Notes: generated by a model from the sequence alone, not told the origin. A stretch of 64,000 nt of DNA from Thermoplasmata archaeon (GCA_021820565.1 JAKADL010000001.1:2786-66785), one strand, 5' to 3'. Positions 1-11,441 are shown, numbered from the stretch's first letter. Numbers and translations are program-made.

Positions 1-204
1 TTAGATTTGTATTTCAATTCACATATTAATCGATAGGATTTCTCCTCAGTCATACAGACTTACACTAGATAACGGTTGATCATTATTGAAAATAAATTGA
101 CAGGATAGATGCCAACTTTTATGCTGTATGGATATTATGAATATACCTTAATTTTCATATCATATGTCACGACGGGGGACTGGACACTTTTAAAATTAAA
201 AAAT

Positions 205-936
205 TCATTCAATTAAATCGAGATTTTTCAATCTTACAATGAAGTCGGCCTTGTTGGTATCAAACAGGGATGTTAACTTTATCAGGTCATCTCCTTCTAT
301 GAGTTCTTTTGCATGGCTCCTGAATGGTAGTATATCCTCTTTCTTTAATATGCCCTTTTCCCCCAGGTCAATTATTGTTTCCCATGCGTTCAATCGTATA
401 TATTGATTTGAGGATTTTAAGACGTTGAACAGGTATTTTTTATTATCCTCGTAATCTGATTGGCTTAAGATATTAGTACTGGTCAACATGGGAACCATGT
501 GCCATGCATCGCTAACTATACCGGGGTTTTCACTCTTGAGACTTTCTATAAATACATTCTTATACGGTTTGATATATGAACTGTCCATATATCCTCCCTT
601 AATTAGATCCACTGCATTCCACCATGCCGTGAGATCGCCTCCCTGCACATAGGGAATCAGATATGATTTTCTTTTATCTATATCCTCTTTAGTGATATAT
701 CCTGCATCTGCGAACCTTCTTGCAAGTACCCACGCATGTACCTTGACCATTTCGTCAGTGGTGGTCAACAAGTCCAGGAAATTTGTCTTATTTTCGACAA
801 CAAATTGCTTCGTGAGAATATTGTTGTCTATCAAAAAATCGACCTTATACCATGCATCCAATCTAGAGAATTTATCCTCCAGCGACAGTGATTTTAAGTA
901 ATATGGTTTGTTATTTTCTATTGTGTTACTCACCAT
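205..936 (-). CDS. Hypothetical alpha-helical repeat protein (HEAT/ARM-like), five repeats of about 36-40 aa
   Basis: 243-aa ORF. A conserved small-residue-Ala-Trp motif recurs at aa 27-29 (DAW), 67-69 (HAW), 103-105 (TAW), 143-145 (DAW) and 183-185 (NAW). Trp spacing is 40/36/40/40 aa. No catalytic motif recognised. Confidence 0.55.
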   Translation of the reverse strand: MVSNTIENNKPYYLKSLSLEDKFSRLDAWYKVDFLIDNNILTKQFVVENKTNFLDLLTTTDEMVKVHAWVLARRFADAGYITKEDIDKRKSYLIPYVQGGDLTAWWNAVDLIKGGYMDSSYIKPYKNVFIESLKSENPGIVSDAWHMVPMLTSTNILSQSDYEDNKKYLFNVLKSSNQYIRLNAWETIIDLGEKGILKKEDILPFRSHAKELIEGDDLIKLTSLFDTNKADFIVRLKNLDLIE

Positions 937-1214
937 GAATATAAATGTTCTATATCTATAAATATTTTATTATAATTTCCTGACTATGAGATTTATATAT
1001 AATATGTGAAAACTGAATGAAAAAATAATAATCAAGAAATAAATTTAGATATTTACTGAAATTAGGATATTTTAATACCATATTAGAATATTTTTTACGA
1101 GTTCAGTCATAATTAGAATGAATTCAAGTGCCAGTATTAATTTATGTAAATAGTCACAAATGTGAATAATAAACCTTATATTTGACATAATAATCTAACT
1201 TATGGTGATAAAAA

Positions 1215-2138
1215 ATGCCTAAACCGTATGTAGCAATAAATGAGGTTGAGATGTTGAATAACGACACGACCATGCAGATGTTCCAGCAGGTTGGTCCAAA
1301 AGTTTGCCAGGTAACAGCCAGGCATCCAGGTTTTGTTGGTTTCCAGAACCATGCACAATTTGGAATAATACCCATGGGAACAAGATGGGGTGGCGGTTCA
1401 ATGGATATGACCAAGATGGATACAATGAATGTTTACCAGTACACAATGTGGAAGAGCATAAAAGACCACGAGGATATGCACAGAGAAAACTTCTCATCCA
1501 TATTCAGACTATGCTCATCCTGCCTTTCACAGGTAGTCTATGGGCCATGGGAGCCATTATATGAAATAGTAGATGCAAACATGCCATTGAACACTGAAAT
1601 GGCAGACTTTACAGTGATGTTCGGAAAGAAATTCGCTGCAGGAGATCCATCAGGAGTACCGCCCATATCAATGCCATATGGACAGAGAACCATTGCATTA
1701 TCAGAACATACAGTAAAGAAAGGGAGTGAGAAGGAATTCGAATCAACCATAGTTGAGGTCATGAAGGACTTCGAAAACGCACCGGGATTCCTCGGATACA
1801 TGATACTGAAAGAGGTTGGAGTGTCAGCAGTAGGATCATTCCAGCTGAAATCAAAGGGTATACATGAATCATTAGAATCTGGTGGAGAAGTACCAACACA
1901 GCAGGAGGGATCATTCACATATGAAGAAGCAAGACCCACACCACCAGAATACAGAGTACATATGGAGTGGGCAAGTCCTAATGATGCAATGTTCGGAATC
2001 GGAAGAGTTCTATTTGCACATCCTGCAAGGGAAATACATGACAAGGTTCTGGACACATTAATAAGGGGACCGTACATAAGATTACTGAACCCCATGATGG
2101 AAGGAACAACCTGGAGAGAATACTTAAACTCTCCATAA
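1215..2138 (+). CDS. sor: Sulfur oxygenase reductase (SOR)
   Basis: 307 aa, colinear with Acidianus SOR as I recall it: [10 protein letters not shown]-terminus, [23 protein letters not shown], and C-terminal [21 protein letters not shown]. Catalytic set is present: C31, the Fe-site HxxxH (H85/H89) plus E113, and the CxxC pair C100/C103. GGTGA Shine-Dalgarno lies about 7 nt upstream. Confidence 0.9.
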   Translation: MPKPYVAINEVEMLNNDTTMQMFQQVGPKVCQVTARHPGFVGFQNHAQFGIIPMGTRWGGGSMDMTKMDTMNVYQYTMWKSIKDHEDMHRENFSSIFRLCSSCLSQVVYGPWEPLYEIVDANMPLNTEMADFTVMFGKKFAAGDPSGVPPISMPYGQRTIALSEHTVKKGSEKEFESTIVEVMKDFENAPGFLGYMILKEVGVSAVGSFQLKSKGIHESLESGGEVPTQQEGSFTYEEARPTPPEYRVHMEWASPNDAMFGIGRVLFAHPAREIHDKVLDTLIRGPYIRLLNPMMEGTTWREYLNSP

Positions 2139-2421
2139 ATTAATTTTTTATTTAATTTAATAACAAAAATGTCTCAAAGTCTATTATCTTTCGTGAAAAA
2201 TCAATAAATTTTTGCCTTTAAATAACTCCATGCAAATCTTTAGTATTATATGATTGGATTTTCTAATGTGTTGATGTCAGGATATGTATGATTTTACTAT
2301 CAATTGCTTTTAAAAATTTTTTATTATTCCGGATTAGACCGGGGTATTTATTTGATATCCAAGTATAAGTGAACAAGATCTAAAAAATTAATATTATCAT
2401 TTTTATGGTATAAAATGGGTT

Positions 2422-3534
2422 TCAAATATGGAACCATGATTTTTTGACGGGTTCTCCACGCAATTCTTCGATGAGTTCTTTTTCCTTTGATGATAAGTGT
2501 TTAGGTACCTGGAGCTTTAAAACCACAAGGAGGTCGCCATTTCCGTGAGATGTTAGCTTAGGCATTCCTGCCCCTTTCACTCTCAAAACATCGTCGGGCT
2601 GGCTTCCTGATGGAATAGTCAAATTAAATTTTTCCCTGAATAATGGTATCTCTACCGTCCCTCCGAGTGCAGCAGTCGGAAAATCTATGGATTCTTTAAC
2701 ATATAAATTATCGCCTGTACGCCTGACATTTGGATTCTGCTGTACATATACAACAGCATATAAATCTCCCGTAACGCCGCCGAATGAGTTCCCAAGTTTC
2801 TGCGTTCTGAGTCTCGTATTTGTATCAACACCTTTGGGTATAGTAATCGATATGTTTTCCATTTTAGGGATATATCCCTTTCCACCACATACCTTACATG
2901 GCGTTTTCGGTATTTTGCCCCTTCCATTACATGTACGGCATACAACAACCTGAACAAAATTAAAGAAACCCTGTCCCCGGGATATTCTCTCCTTTCCGGT
3001 ACCATGACATGTTGGACAGGTAATAAGTATGCCTCCTTCGGCTCCTGAACCATTACAGGCCTGACACATTGCATTCCGCTTAAATTTAATGGGTTTAGAT
3101 GCACCGTAATATGCATCTTCCAGCGTTATATTGACCTTTATATATATATCCAGATCGGGCTGTGTATCGTAACCACCGTAGAATCCTCCTGAATTGCCAC
3201 CGCTGAATCCACCTCCCCCGAATATTTTACTGAAGATATCGTTGATATCGTCAAAATGGGAAAAGTCTTCCCAGTTAAAGTTTGACCCTGTTGAGCCACC
3301 GCCGTCACCGAACGAAGTGGAACCTGTTGCATCATACTGCTGCCTCTTCTGTGGATCTGAAAGTACCTCGTATGCTTCCGCTACTTCCTTGAATTTCTGT
3401 TCAGCTTCCTTACTTCCTGCATTTACATCAGGATGGTATTTCTTTGCCAGTTCTCTGAATTTTGCCCTGATTTCATCCTGCGAGGCATTTTTGTCCACAC
3501 CGAGGACACTATAGTAATCTGTTGCCATTTCCAC
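2422..3534 (-). CDS. dnaJ: Molecular chaperone DnaJ
   Basis: J-domain with HPD (KKYHPDVN), a G/F-rich linker, and four CxxCxGxG zinc-finger repeats ([32 protein letters not shown]). Confidence 0.95.
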   Translation of the reverse strand: MEMATDYYSVLGVDKNASQDEIRAKFRELAKKYHPDVNAGSKEAEQKFKEVAEAYEVLSDPQKRQQYDATGSTSFGDGGGSTGSNFNWEDFSHFDDINDIFSKIFGGGGFSGGNSGGFYGGYDTQPDLDIYIKVNITLEDAYYGASKPIKFKRNAMCQACNGSGAEGGILITCPTCHGTGKERISRGQGFFNFVQVVVCRTCNGRGKIPKTPCKVCGGKGYIPKMENISITIPKGVDTNTRLRTQKLGNSFGGVTGDLYAVVYVQQNPNVRRTGDNLYVKESIDFPTAALGGTVEIPLFREKFNLTIPSGSQPDDVLRVKGAGMPKLTSHGNGDLLVVLKLQVPKHLSSKEKELIEELRGEPVKKSWFHI

Positions 3535-5418
3535 TCATTGATTTTCCTTGTAATCGGTATTTACAGTATTATCATCGTTCCCCTGTTCATTCGAGTCCTG
3601 ATTTTCTGTGTTCTGATCCTGGGAAGATTCATTGCTTTCTTCGCCCTGCTGCTGGCTTCCTTCATTGGGCTGCTGTGCCTGAGCCATCTTCTGGTATACT
3701 GCGGTCATTTCCTTTGTTAATGTTTCGGTCAATTCTTTGACCTTGTCCACATCTTTCTTTTCTACAGCGTCTTTGAGATCCTTGATAATTCCATTCATTT
3801 TATCCTTGGTTTCATTATCAAGTTTGTCCCCGGCTTCATTGATTGTTTTTTCCACAGTATATGCCATAGATTCTCCATTGTTAAGGGTTTCAATATTTTC
3901 TTTTTCCTTTTTATCTTCTTCTGCAAACTGTTCCGCTTCTTTTTTCATTTTCTCTATTTCTTCCTTGGATAGTTTGTTCGAAGCACTTATTGATATACTC
4001 TGGGATTTTCCTGTTCCTTTGTCCTTGGCTGAAACATTCAAAATTCCGTTAGCATCAATATCAAATGTTACCTCTATCTGCGGGATTCCCCTTGGAGCGG
4101 GCGCAATACCGGTAAGTGTGAAATTCCCCAGTGAGACATCATCCTTTACAAGGGGCCTTTCACCCTGGACTATATGTATGTCAACTGCTGTTTGCATGTC
4201 TGCCGCCGTTGAAAACACCTGCGTCTTCTTTGTTGGAATTGTCGCATTGGCACTTATTAACGGGGTCATTACCCCGCCAACAGTCTCTATTCCAAGAGTT
4301 AATGGCGTTACATCGATAAGCACTATATCTTTGATATCACCCATGAGGACTGCGCCCTGTATTGCAGCTCCTGTTGCAACAGCCTGCATGGGGTCTACTC
4401 CACCCTCTGCCTTTTTGCCGAAGTAGTCTTCAACATACTTCTTGACATATGGCATTCTTGTGGGTCCACCGATAAGTATAATTTTATTTATATCTCCCTT
4501 TGATAGTTTAGCACCTTCAAGAGCCTTGTTAAGTGACTCTGCCGATCTTCCAACAATAGGAGCAATTAATTCCTCCAATTTTGCTCTTGTAAGTTTATAT
4601 TCAAGATGCTTCGGGCCATCCTGGGTTGCTGTTATATATGGCAGATTAATATCAGATTCCAGGACTGTTGATAGTTCAATTTTAGCTTTTTCTGCAGCGT
4701 CTCTAAGCCTTATATACGCTGATTTATCCTTCCTGAGATCTATTCCTTCCTTTGATTTAAAATCATCAGCAAGGAAATTTACTATTGCCTCATCCATATC
4801 AGTACCACCGAGTTTTGTATCTCCTGAGGTAGACATAACCTCGAATACGCCCTGGCCAAAGTCCATGACTGTTACATCAAGTGTGCCTCCTCCGAAGTCG
4901 TAGATAAGGATTTTCAATGTTTCATTCAGTTTATCAATACCATATGCCATGCATGCAGCTGTTGGTTCATTTATAATTCTCTTAACAGTTAGACCTGCAA
5001 TAGCACCGGCATCCTTAGTTGCCTGCCTCTGATTATCGTTGAAATATGCAGGAACTGTTATGACTGCATCTTTTACCGGCTCCCCCAGAAAAGCCTCTGC
5101 GTCCTTTTTTATTTTCTGCAATATGAATCCAGATATCTGCTGTGGTGTATATTCCTTTCCGAATATTTTGTATTTGAAATCTGTTCCCATTTTTCTTTTA
5201 GCACCGTATATAGTTCCCTCCGGATTCAAAAGTGCCTGCCTTCTTGCCGGTTCTCCAACCAGAAGCTGCCCATCCTTTGTGAAGGCCACATAACTGGGGA
5301 ATGATTTCCCGCCAAGAGAAACACCCTCTGCTGCCGGAATAGATTCCGGCTTTCCAGAGATAACTACTGCCGCTGCTGAATTGCTAGTACCCAAATCAAT
5401 ACCTATTATTTTACTCAT
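3535..5418 (-). CDS. dnaK: Molecular chaperone DnaK (Hsp70)
   Basis: 627 aa with [19 protein letters not shown] and other Hsp70 signatures. Abuts dnaJ with no gap. Confidence 0.97.
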   Translation of the reverse strand: MSKIIGIDLGTSNSAAAVVISGKPESIPAAEGVSLGGKSFPSYVAFTKDGQLLVGEPARRQALLNPEGTIYGAKRKMGTDFKYKIFGKEYTPQQISGFILQKIKKDAEAFLGEPVKDAVITVPAYFNDNQRQATKDAGAIAGLTVKRIINEPTAACMAYGIDKLNETLKILIYDFGGGTLDVTVMDFGQGVFEVMSTSGDTKLGGTDMDEAIVNFLADDFKSKEGIDLRKDKSAYIRLRDAAEKAKIELSTVLESDINLPYITATQDGPKHLEYKLTRAKLEELIAPIVGRSAESLNKALEGAKLSKGDINKIILIGGPTRMPYVKKYVEDYFGKKAEGGVDPMQAVATGAAIQGAVLMGDIKDIVLIDVTPLTLGIETVGGVMTPLISANATIPTKKTQVFSTAADMQTAVDIHIVQGERPLVKDDVSLGNFTLTGIAPAPRGIPQIEVTFDIDANGILNVSAKDKGTGKSQSISISASNKLSKEEIEKMKKEAEQFAEEDKKEKENIETLNNGESMAYTVEKTINEAGDKLDNETKDKMNGIIKDLKDAVEKKDVDKVKELTETLTKEMTAVYQKMAQAQQPNEGSQQQGEESNESSQDQNTENQDSNEQGNDDNTVNTDYKENQ

Positions 5419-5424
5419 TTTTTA

Positions 5425-5940
5425 TCACCTTTTTGAAACAATTACCTTTGATGTCCGTATGACATTTCCATTTAGTGTATAACCTTTCTGAACCTCTTCA
5501 AGAACGGTTCCGTCCTCTCCCTGGTCCAGAACCCCTACGGCCTCTTCTATGTTGGGATCGTATTTAGTACCCTTTGCCTCTATTACCTGCAAACCGTTGG
5601 CCTGCAATACTTTCAGAAGCTGGGCTTTGACCGGTTCCAGTTTCGGGTCATGGGCTATACCGGCATCAAGGGTGTCGAGAACAGGCAGGAGTTCTTTTAT
5701 AAGTTCACTGCTTGCGTTTTTTCTGATATTGCTGATCTCGTTCTCTTTGTATTTAGAATAATTTTCCATTTCAGTTCTCTGACGTACATAGAGGCTTTTA
5801 TAATCATTGAGGTCAGCAATAGTGCTGTTGTATAGGTCTTTGTATTTTTTCATTTCTTCCCTGTCCTTCATTTTATTTCTCTTCCTTACCTGTTCTATAT
5901 CGAATTCAAGGGGCCTGCTATATTCTTTATGGTTCATCAT
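5425..5940 (-). CDS. grpE: Nucleotide exchange factor GrpE
   Basis: 171 aa with a coiled-coil N-terminus and a GrpE beta-domain C-terminus (GYTLNGNVIRTSKVIVS). First gene of the grpE-dnaK-dnaJ operon. Confidence 0.9.
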   Translation of the reverse strand: MMNHKEYSRPLEFDIEQVRKRNKMKDREEMKKYKDLYNSTIADLNDYKSLYVRQRTEMENYSKYKENEISNIRKNASSELIKELLPVLDTLDAGIAHDPKLEPVKAQLLKVLQANGLQVIEAKGTKYDPNIEEAVGVLDQGEDGTVLEEVQKGYTLNGNVIRTSKVIVSKR

Positions 5941-5997
5941 AAGTATATTTGTTCTTCTATATAAATATTTTCTATATAAATATTTACTTTTTTGATA

Positions 5998-6978
5998 TTA
6001 TTTATTAAGGGGGACATCCTTGAAATGTTCATAACCTCTATTATTCACAGGACGCCATGATCCATCATGTATTTCATTTATCCCATTATATGTTTCGCCT
6101 ATTTTATGGACATCTATGTCTTCATTTTTCATAGCATCCATGAATTTTTCGGTGTCCTTATTATCTATAGTAAAGAGGAGTTCATAATCCCCGCCAAATG
6201 AAAGGGCTATATCCTCTATTGAAAAGCCCGAGATTTTTGAAGCTTCTGCAACAGAAGATGCAACAGGAATATTTTCCATATAAATTCTGAACCCTGTTCC
6301 AAAATCTCTATGCATCTGATATATAGATGCATAAATACCATCGGATAAATCCATCATGAATTTTGCACCATTTTCACTGATTTTCTGGGCTTCTGATATT
6401 CTCGGTTCAATATCCAGCATTTTTTTAATTCCCTCCTGCCTGTCTCTACCGTATTTATAATAAATGTAACCTGCGGCTGCTGATCCAAGCGAGTTGGTTA
6501 CAAAGAGTTGCTGTCCTGGAGCTATATAAGACCGCTTCCTAACCAGTTCAGGTTTCTGACGTCCTATTATTGTACCGGATGCCGTAAAATCTTCTCCTTC
6601 CTTTGTATCTCCACCGATAATGGAGGCATTGAATCTAGAAAGTTCATAGGTAATTCCTTTATAAAATTCCTGAAGATATTGTATGTCATATCCGGGGAAA
6701 ACCGAAATAGATACCAGCATACCTTCCGGTATTCCGGCCATTGCAGCTATATCACTGAGATTTATGGCAGCAAAGAATTTTCCAGCCAGAAACGGACTTG
6801 TGCCCTCCGGAAGATGGGTAGCACGGGTTATCAGGTCCGTAGACAGAAGGAGGTCCGTATCACCACAATTCAATACTGCACAGTCATCAATATCACGTTG
6901 TTTTCCTGCCAGTATATCTATAACTTCCCGTTCCCCGAGATCACTGAGCTTCAATGAATTTGTTATAATTTCTGGCAA
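5998..6978 (-). CDS. thiL: Thiamine-monophosphate kinase (AIR-synthase-related fold)
   Basis: 326 aa with LGEREVIDIL...DDCAVL at the N-terminus and PurM-like domain organisation. Confidence 0.75.
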   Translation of the reverse strand: MPEIITNSLKLSDLGEREVIDILAGKQRDIDDCAVLNCGDTDLLLSTDLITRATHLPEGTSPFLAGKFFAAINLSDIAAMAGIPEGMLVSISVFPGYDIQYLQEFYKGITYELSRFNASIIGGDTKEGEDFTASGTIIGRQKPELVRKRSYIAPGQQLFVTNSLGSAAAGYIYYKYGRDRQEGIKKMLDIEPRISEAQKISENGAKFMMDLSDGIYASIYQMHRDFGTGFRIYMENIPVASSVAEASKISGFSIEDIALSFGGDYELLFTIDNKDTEKFMDAMKNEDIDVHKIGETYNGINEIHDGSWRPVNNRGYEHFKDVPLNK

Positions 6979-7047
6979 TTTAAAGTTTTTTGTTTGCCCC
7001 CTGTTAATTGTAAAATTTTTATATATGATAGATATACTCTATCATAG

Positions 7048-7617
7048 GTGATAGTATTTATCAACGAATTGGACAATTTAAGAAATGAAATTTACCTGAA
7101 TTCAAAAGGTATACTTGACCTCCTGGAAAAAAGGAGAATACTTGCCGGTAAGATTGGGGATTTCAAGAATTCTGAGGGTATGAGTGTAAGAAACCGGGAA
7201 AGAGAAATAGATATTTTGAAAACTTTGCCCTCTGACGCCTTCGAGGAATCAATACTTAATATACTCTTTGAATTTTCAATCCACTATGAGGAAAAAATAC
7301 ATTTTGACTGGGTCAATTATTCTGAAGAGAAAAATGGAGTTAAATATATAAAATATGCTGGAAAATATGAAAATCTGATTTTTCTCCTATCTAATATTCT
7401 AAATGCCGGAACAGTTATAGCATGCCACGACAGAATGGTTTCCGGGATAATGGCTCTTGCGGGTCACCACATCATAGATACTATTGATAACCCGGATTTG
7501 ATAATTAAGCTTAACACGGATTTGAATCAGGATATAATGATAAATAATGATATTATGCTGATATCTGAAAAATTTATGGAAAATAAAAAACAGATATACA
7601 ATGTTGCAATTGAATAA
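7048..7617 (+). CDS. Chorismate mutase (AroQ-type N-terminal domain) with an unassigned C-terminal extension of about 100 aa
   Basis: GTG start. N-terminal helix pattern LDNLRNEI...LLEKRRILAGKIGDFK...VRNREREIDIL is typical of AroQ chorismate mutase. Overlaps the following prephenate dehydrogenase gene. Confidence 0.55.
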   Translation: MIVFINELDNLRNEIYLNSKGILDLLEKRRILAGKIGDFKNSEGMSVRNREREIDILKTLPSDAFEESILNILFEFSIHYEEKIHFDWVNYSEEKNGVKYIKYAGKYENLIFLLSNILNAGTVIACHDRMVSGIMALAGHHIIDTIDNPDLIIKLNTDLNQDIMINNDIMLISEKFMENKKQIYNVAIE

Positions 7618-8257
7618 AATGAAAATTTTAATAATCGGTTCACAGGGAAGATTGGGAAAAACTTTAATGGAAATTTTACCCGGTTCAACTGGTATCGATA
7701 TTGCCGATGAGGATAAATTATCAGAAGAATTGAAGAAAGCTGAAATAGCATTTCTCGCAGTCCCCTTGAAGGCAGCCATGGATATAATAAATACATACCC
7801 CGATTACCGGACATTTATCGAATTGACCTCAGTAAAATCTCCTATGAGACAATTTTCGAATAAAGTAATAAGTTTGCATCCCATGTTTGGCCCACTTTCC
7901 TATAAAACGAATAAAGATATACTTTTTATATCAGATATCTCACCGAAAAATACATTTGAACTGATCTCGGAGCTATTTAAGAAATATAACATTATTTCCA
8001 TGACCTCCTTTGAACATGATAAACTTATGGAGGAACTGCTCATAAAGCCGTACATACTTTCATATATATCAGACACGGTGGAAACAAACATAGAAACCAC
8101 ATCTCACAAAAAATTATGTGAACTTTCTGCCATAAAATATTCTGAAAATCCGGAAATAATGTTTGATACAATAAAATTCAATAATAATTCATTATCTATA
8201 ATTGAAAATATAGAAGAAAAACTGAAATATCTCAAAAAATTAATAGGTGATAGATGA
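7601..8257 (+). CDS. tyrA: Prephenate dehydrogenase
   Basis: 218 aa with an N-terminal Rossmann motif (KILIIGSQGRLGKT) and the HPMFGP motif. Confidence 0.75.
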   Translation: MLQLNKMKILIIGSQGRLGKTLMEILPGSTGIDIADEDKLSEELKKAEIAFLAVPLKAAMDIINTYPDYRTFIELTSVKSPMRQFSNKVISLHPMFGPLSYKTNKDILFISDISPKNTFELISELFKKYNIISMTSFEHDKLMEELLIKPYILSYISDTVETNIETTSHKKLCELSAIKYSENPEIMFDTIKFNNNSLSIIENIEEKLKYLKKLIGDR

Positions 8258-9295
8258 AGATGAAAGTCTTTTTAATAACGTATCGTAATCACCCTGAAAG
8301 AACATCCTATCCTCAAGCTCTATGTGATAGTTGTATTCTGCCAGATCAAGAGAGTTATAGTACTGTGAAAGTTGCTTAAAATCGTGATCGAGTGACCCCT
8401 GAACTATTAGGTCCAGAAGTTCCCTGTCATATTTATCATTATGAACACCTCTCTCACGATTTCCTCCTGTTGGATAGGAAAGAACTGGGTATTCATCGCC
8501 CAGATCTATCAGTAATTTTGCAAGAGAATAAAGCCGGGGTGGTCTGTAAAGGCCCTTCTTCCAGAGCTTTTCCACCAGAGTATTTTTCTGTATATTCATG
8601 GGATTGATGGATATATCCGTGGAATAGGGTGCAACAGCTTTCACTGACTTCATTATATCTTCCATAGCCATTTTTTCTGAAATAAAAGGCGGTTTGAATA
8701 AAAGATATGTTCTCAATTCAATTTTCTCTCTGTTTAAAACACTTGCGGCATCGATAAACTTTTTCATGGTGCTCCCCTTGTTCACCGAATATTTCATTAT
8801 ATAATCATCCGCACTTTCTAGGCCTATGGCAATACGTAAATCTATTCCAGCTTTCTTGAATGGTTCAAGTATTTCTGGCCGGATATATTCTGTTCTGGAT
8901 TCCACAAGTAATTTTTCAACCTTATCCTTAATCCTCTGAATAAAGTAATCTCTCACGGCGGGATGGACTTCATTGGAATCAAGGAAACTTCCTGAGGTGA
9001 AAATTTTCAAAACTTTAGTATCCCCAAGTGAATCGTAAAGTGTATCTATCTGATGCATCAGATTTTCATCAATTATATCGGGAGATGTATCATTGAAGTA
9101 ACCGCACATTGAACATGCTGTAAATTTATACCATGCACATCCAGTCGTTCTGAAAATACATACCATTGTTTTCTCTGGATATCCTCTCAACCTATCAAGT
9201 TCCTTCCATATGGAAACAGGTTTATCAACGTCATTTTTTCTGTTATTCTCGCGCATAAGGCTTTTAATATAAAGTGAATAATCTCTAACTACCAT
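8240..9295 (-). CDS. Radical SAM protein, TIGR01210-like (archaeosine-pathway RaSEA-like)
   Basis: 351 aa. Cys cluster TTGCAWYKFTACSMCGY fits the Cx(n)CxxC variant of this archaeal radical SAM family. The family assignment is from memory. Confidence 0.5.
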   Translation of the reverse strand: MVVRDYSLYIKSLMRENNRKNDVDKPVSIWKELDRLRGYPEKTMVCIFRTTGCAWYKFTACSMCGYFNDTSPDIIDENLMHQIDTLYDSLGDTKVLKIFTSGSFLDSNEVHPAVRDYFIQRIKDKVEKLLVESRTEYIRPEILEPFKKAGIDLRIAIGLESADDYIMKYSVNKGSTMKKFIDAASVLNREKIELRTYLLFKPPFISEKMAMEDIMKSVKAVAPYSTDISINPMNIQKNTLVEKLWKKGLYRPPRLYSLAKLLIDLGDEYPVLSYPTGGNRERGVHNDKYDRELLDLIVQGSLDHDFKQLSQYYNSLDLAEYNYHIELEDRMFFQGDYDTLLKRLSSSSITY

Positions 9296-9410
9296 TCTAT
9301 ATAATATTGATTATGTGTATAAGAGCATTGTTGTCATATACGGGAAACGTATCTTTCAAATGAATTTTCTAATGTAAAAAATTATATATTATCTTTAAAT
9401 GAACCTAGAA

Positions 9411-9482
9411 GGGCTCGTAGTCTAGTGGTATGATGTCTCCCTGACACGGAGAAGGTCACCGGTCCGAATCCGGTCGGGCCCA
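9411..9482 (+). tRNA. tRNA-Val (anticodon GAC)
   Basis: Manual cloverleaf: acceptor GGGCTCG/CGGGCCC, anticodon stem TCTCC/GGAGA with loop CTGACAC, T-arm ACCGG-TCCGAAT-CCGGT, discriminator A. No encoded CCA. Confidence 0.9.
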
Positions 9483-9637
9483 CTTCTAATCAGGAGTTTA
9501 TAAGTTAAAGCTTATATTTATTTTTTATACTGATTTTATAGGAATAGGAAAAATATATGGAACTTTAAAATTTCTGATAAATATTCTAAAATGATACTAT
9601 TTCAACACTGACGCACAGGACTTTCCACCGGGCAAGC

Positions 9638-10504
9638 TTAAATTAATCTTAACTCTTTAACGCCAGGAAGTAGGTTTTTCCTGTACATTATATCATAGAA
9701 AAATTCCATCCCTGATTTTACATCATCTAAGGATACGTTATATTCTTTGACATCGGCCCCGATTGTACCTTTTATTATGTCCAGACTGATATCGGAATTT
9801 TGCACCTCCCTCATAATCTTTACATCTACCGGCAGAATTTCATCCATGTGGGACTCTGCATATTTTTTACTCCTGTTGTATAATTCCTTGAACTTGAGAG
9901 CATATTCTTCACCGATATCCGAATTTATAACTACTGTACCCATTGGCATGGGCTTGTTTCCTGATAATTCTTTCCACATTTCCCACATACTGGCGATCCT
10001 CTTTGGCTCAACACCCATTTTCTTTAAATCATACATTGCTTTAAGTTCGTGGACAGCTACCATAACACCGTCTTCCTCAACCATGGCATTGACCTCATCC
10101 AGAACTCTGTGAACCACAACAAGCTTTTTGTATTTGCCAATCAATAGCTTATAAAGATTGAATGCTGTTGTATTCAAACCATGTACAATAATTTTTGAAT
10201 TTTTGATTTCATCCATATCCATATTTTTCATTGCAAGAATAGGCATTCCGGTTATCCCATCCACCGCGGATGCTACTGCACTGGAAAGAATGAAGTAATC
10301 TTTCTGTATATATGGATAGAGAGCGGCAGATGGAACTGAAATGTCAACTTCTTTCTTAACAATCTTGTCATTGACTTCCTGGACGGTAGGTATAAATTCA
10401 AATTCCATATTGAAATCATCGCTTTTTATCTTCTTTTCTATTAATGGTATAAATGGGTACAGATCGCCAGAGTCAGCCAGTGCACCGATACGTATAGTTT
10501 TCAT
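9638..10504 (-). CDS. MqnA/MqnD-family protein (futalosine-route menaquinone biosynthesis, periplasmic-binding-protein fold)
   Basis: 288 aa. Pattern IRIGALADSGD..., HGLNTTAFNLYKLL, VAVHELKAMY and MWEMWKE...PMPMGTVVI resembles MqnA/MqnD family blocks. Assigned by eye. Confidence 0.45.
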   Translation of the reverse strand: MKTIRIGALADSGDLYPFIPLIEKKIKSDDFNMEFEFIPTVQEVNDKIVKKEVDISVPSAALYPYIQKDYFILSSAVASAVDGITGMPILAMKNMDMDEIKNSKIIVHGLNTTAFNLYKLLIGKYKKLVVVHRVLDEVNAMVEEDGVMVAVHELKAMYDLKKMGVEPKRIASMWEMWKELSGNKPMPMGTVVINSDIGEEYALKFKELYNRSKKYAESHMDEILPVDVKIMREVQNSDISLDIIKGTIGADVKEYNVSLDDVKSGMEFFYDIMYRKNLLPGVKELRLI

Positions 10505-10643
10505 ATATGAATATTCAGCGGTCTTATTTAAATAATTTTAAAAGATTCTTTGTATTGCTGGAGTCTCATAAATCCATCTGCACCTTCAGGATTAATCGTA
10601 ATATTTCATTTTGTGAAATCAAGCGCATGATTTTTATATTTAA

Positions 10644-11441
10644 ATGGATTGTATATATATGTTAAAAATAGCATTAACACAGTTGAATCCTGTTGCAGAA
10701 AAGGATATCAGCCTGCGGAATATAGAATATTACTCTGGTGTTGCAGCTTCGAATTCGGCAGATCTAATAGTATTCCCGGAATATTACATGTTTTATTCTC
10801 CTTATAAAGATAATGTAATTAAAAATTCTGAACCTTTGAACGGGAATTATATTAAAAAATTGAAGGAAATATCAATAGTAAACAAAATCGGCATAATTAC
10901 AGGGATAAATGAAGTTTATGATAATAATTATTATGATACAGCAGTCTTTATACATGAAGGTGAACTGAATAATTATTACAGGAAATCGCACTTATACGAT
11001 GCCTTTGGATATAAGGAATCAGATATCTATACATATGGCAACGGACCATTTAAAATTTCAAGAATAGGAGGGATAAATTTTGGCATGCTTATATGTTATG
11101 ATATAAGGTTCCCAGAAGTATTCAGGAATTATTCACTTAATGATGTGGATATGATCGTTCTTATCTCTGCCTGGTTTTCAGGTCCGGTTAAGGGGGAGCA
11201 GTGGCTATCTCTTGTTTCAGTCCGTGCCCTTGAAAACACGGTTTATCTTGCGACGTCCAATATGGTAAACGGTGGCTTTACAGGAATAACTACATTTACC
11301 GATCCCATAGGAACAATTAGAAACCGGGCTGCGGAAGATGAGGACATGATCTATGCTACGGTCGATCCGGAAAGAATTGCGGCCGTAAGGAAGAAAATGC
11401 CTGTCCTCAGGCAGAGGAGACCTGAACTTTATAAACTGTGA
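10644..11441 (+). CDS. Carbon-nitrogen hydrolase (nitrilase superfamily)
   Basis: E-K-C triad contexts are present: FPEYYMF, RKSHLYD and MLICYDIRFPE. Confidence 0.85.
   Translation: MDCIYMLKIALTQLNPVAEKDISLRNIEYYSGVAASNSADLIVFPEYYMFYSPYKDNVIKNSEPLNGNYIKKLKEISIVNKIGIITGINEVYDNNYYDTAVFIHEGELNNYYRKSHLYDAFGYKESDIYTYGNGPFKISRIGGINFGMLICYDIRFPEVFRNYSLNDVDMIVLISAWFSGPVKGEQWLSLVSVRALENTVYLATSNMVNGGFTGITTFTDPIGTIRNRAAEDEDMIYATVDPERIAAVRKKMPVLRQRRPELYKL

Noticed and set aside
1-30. A shared 12-mer, TATTTCAATTCA, at the window start and again at about 21402-21413. It could have been a repeat or element boundary.
   Set aside because: Only about 12-13 nt match. Many such coincidences are expected in 64 kb of AT-rich sequence, and there is no extended similarity around either copy.
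3737-4426. A 229-aa plus-strand ORF, plus many other 60-230 aa ORFs antisense to dnaK, dnaJ, sor (1538-2095), polB (60747-61421), the P-type ATPase, the flippase and others.
   Set aside because: These are shadow ORFs opposite strongly conserved genes with no recognisable domains. None is reported as a feature.
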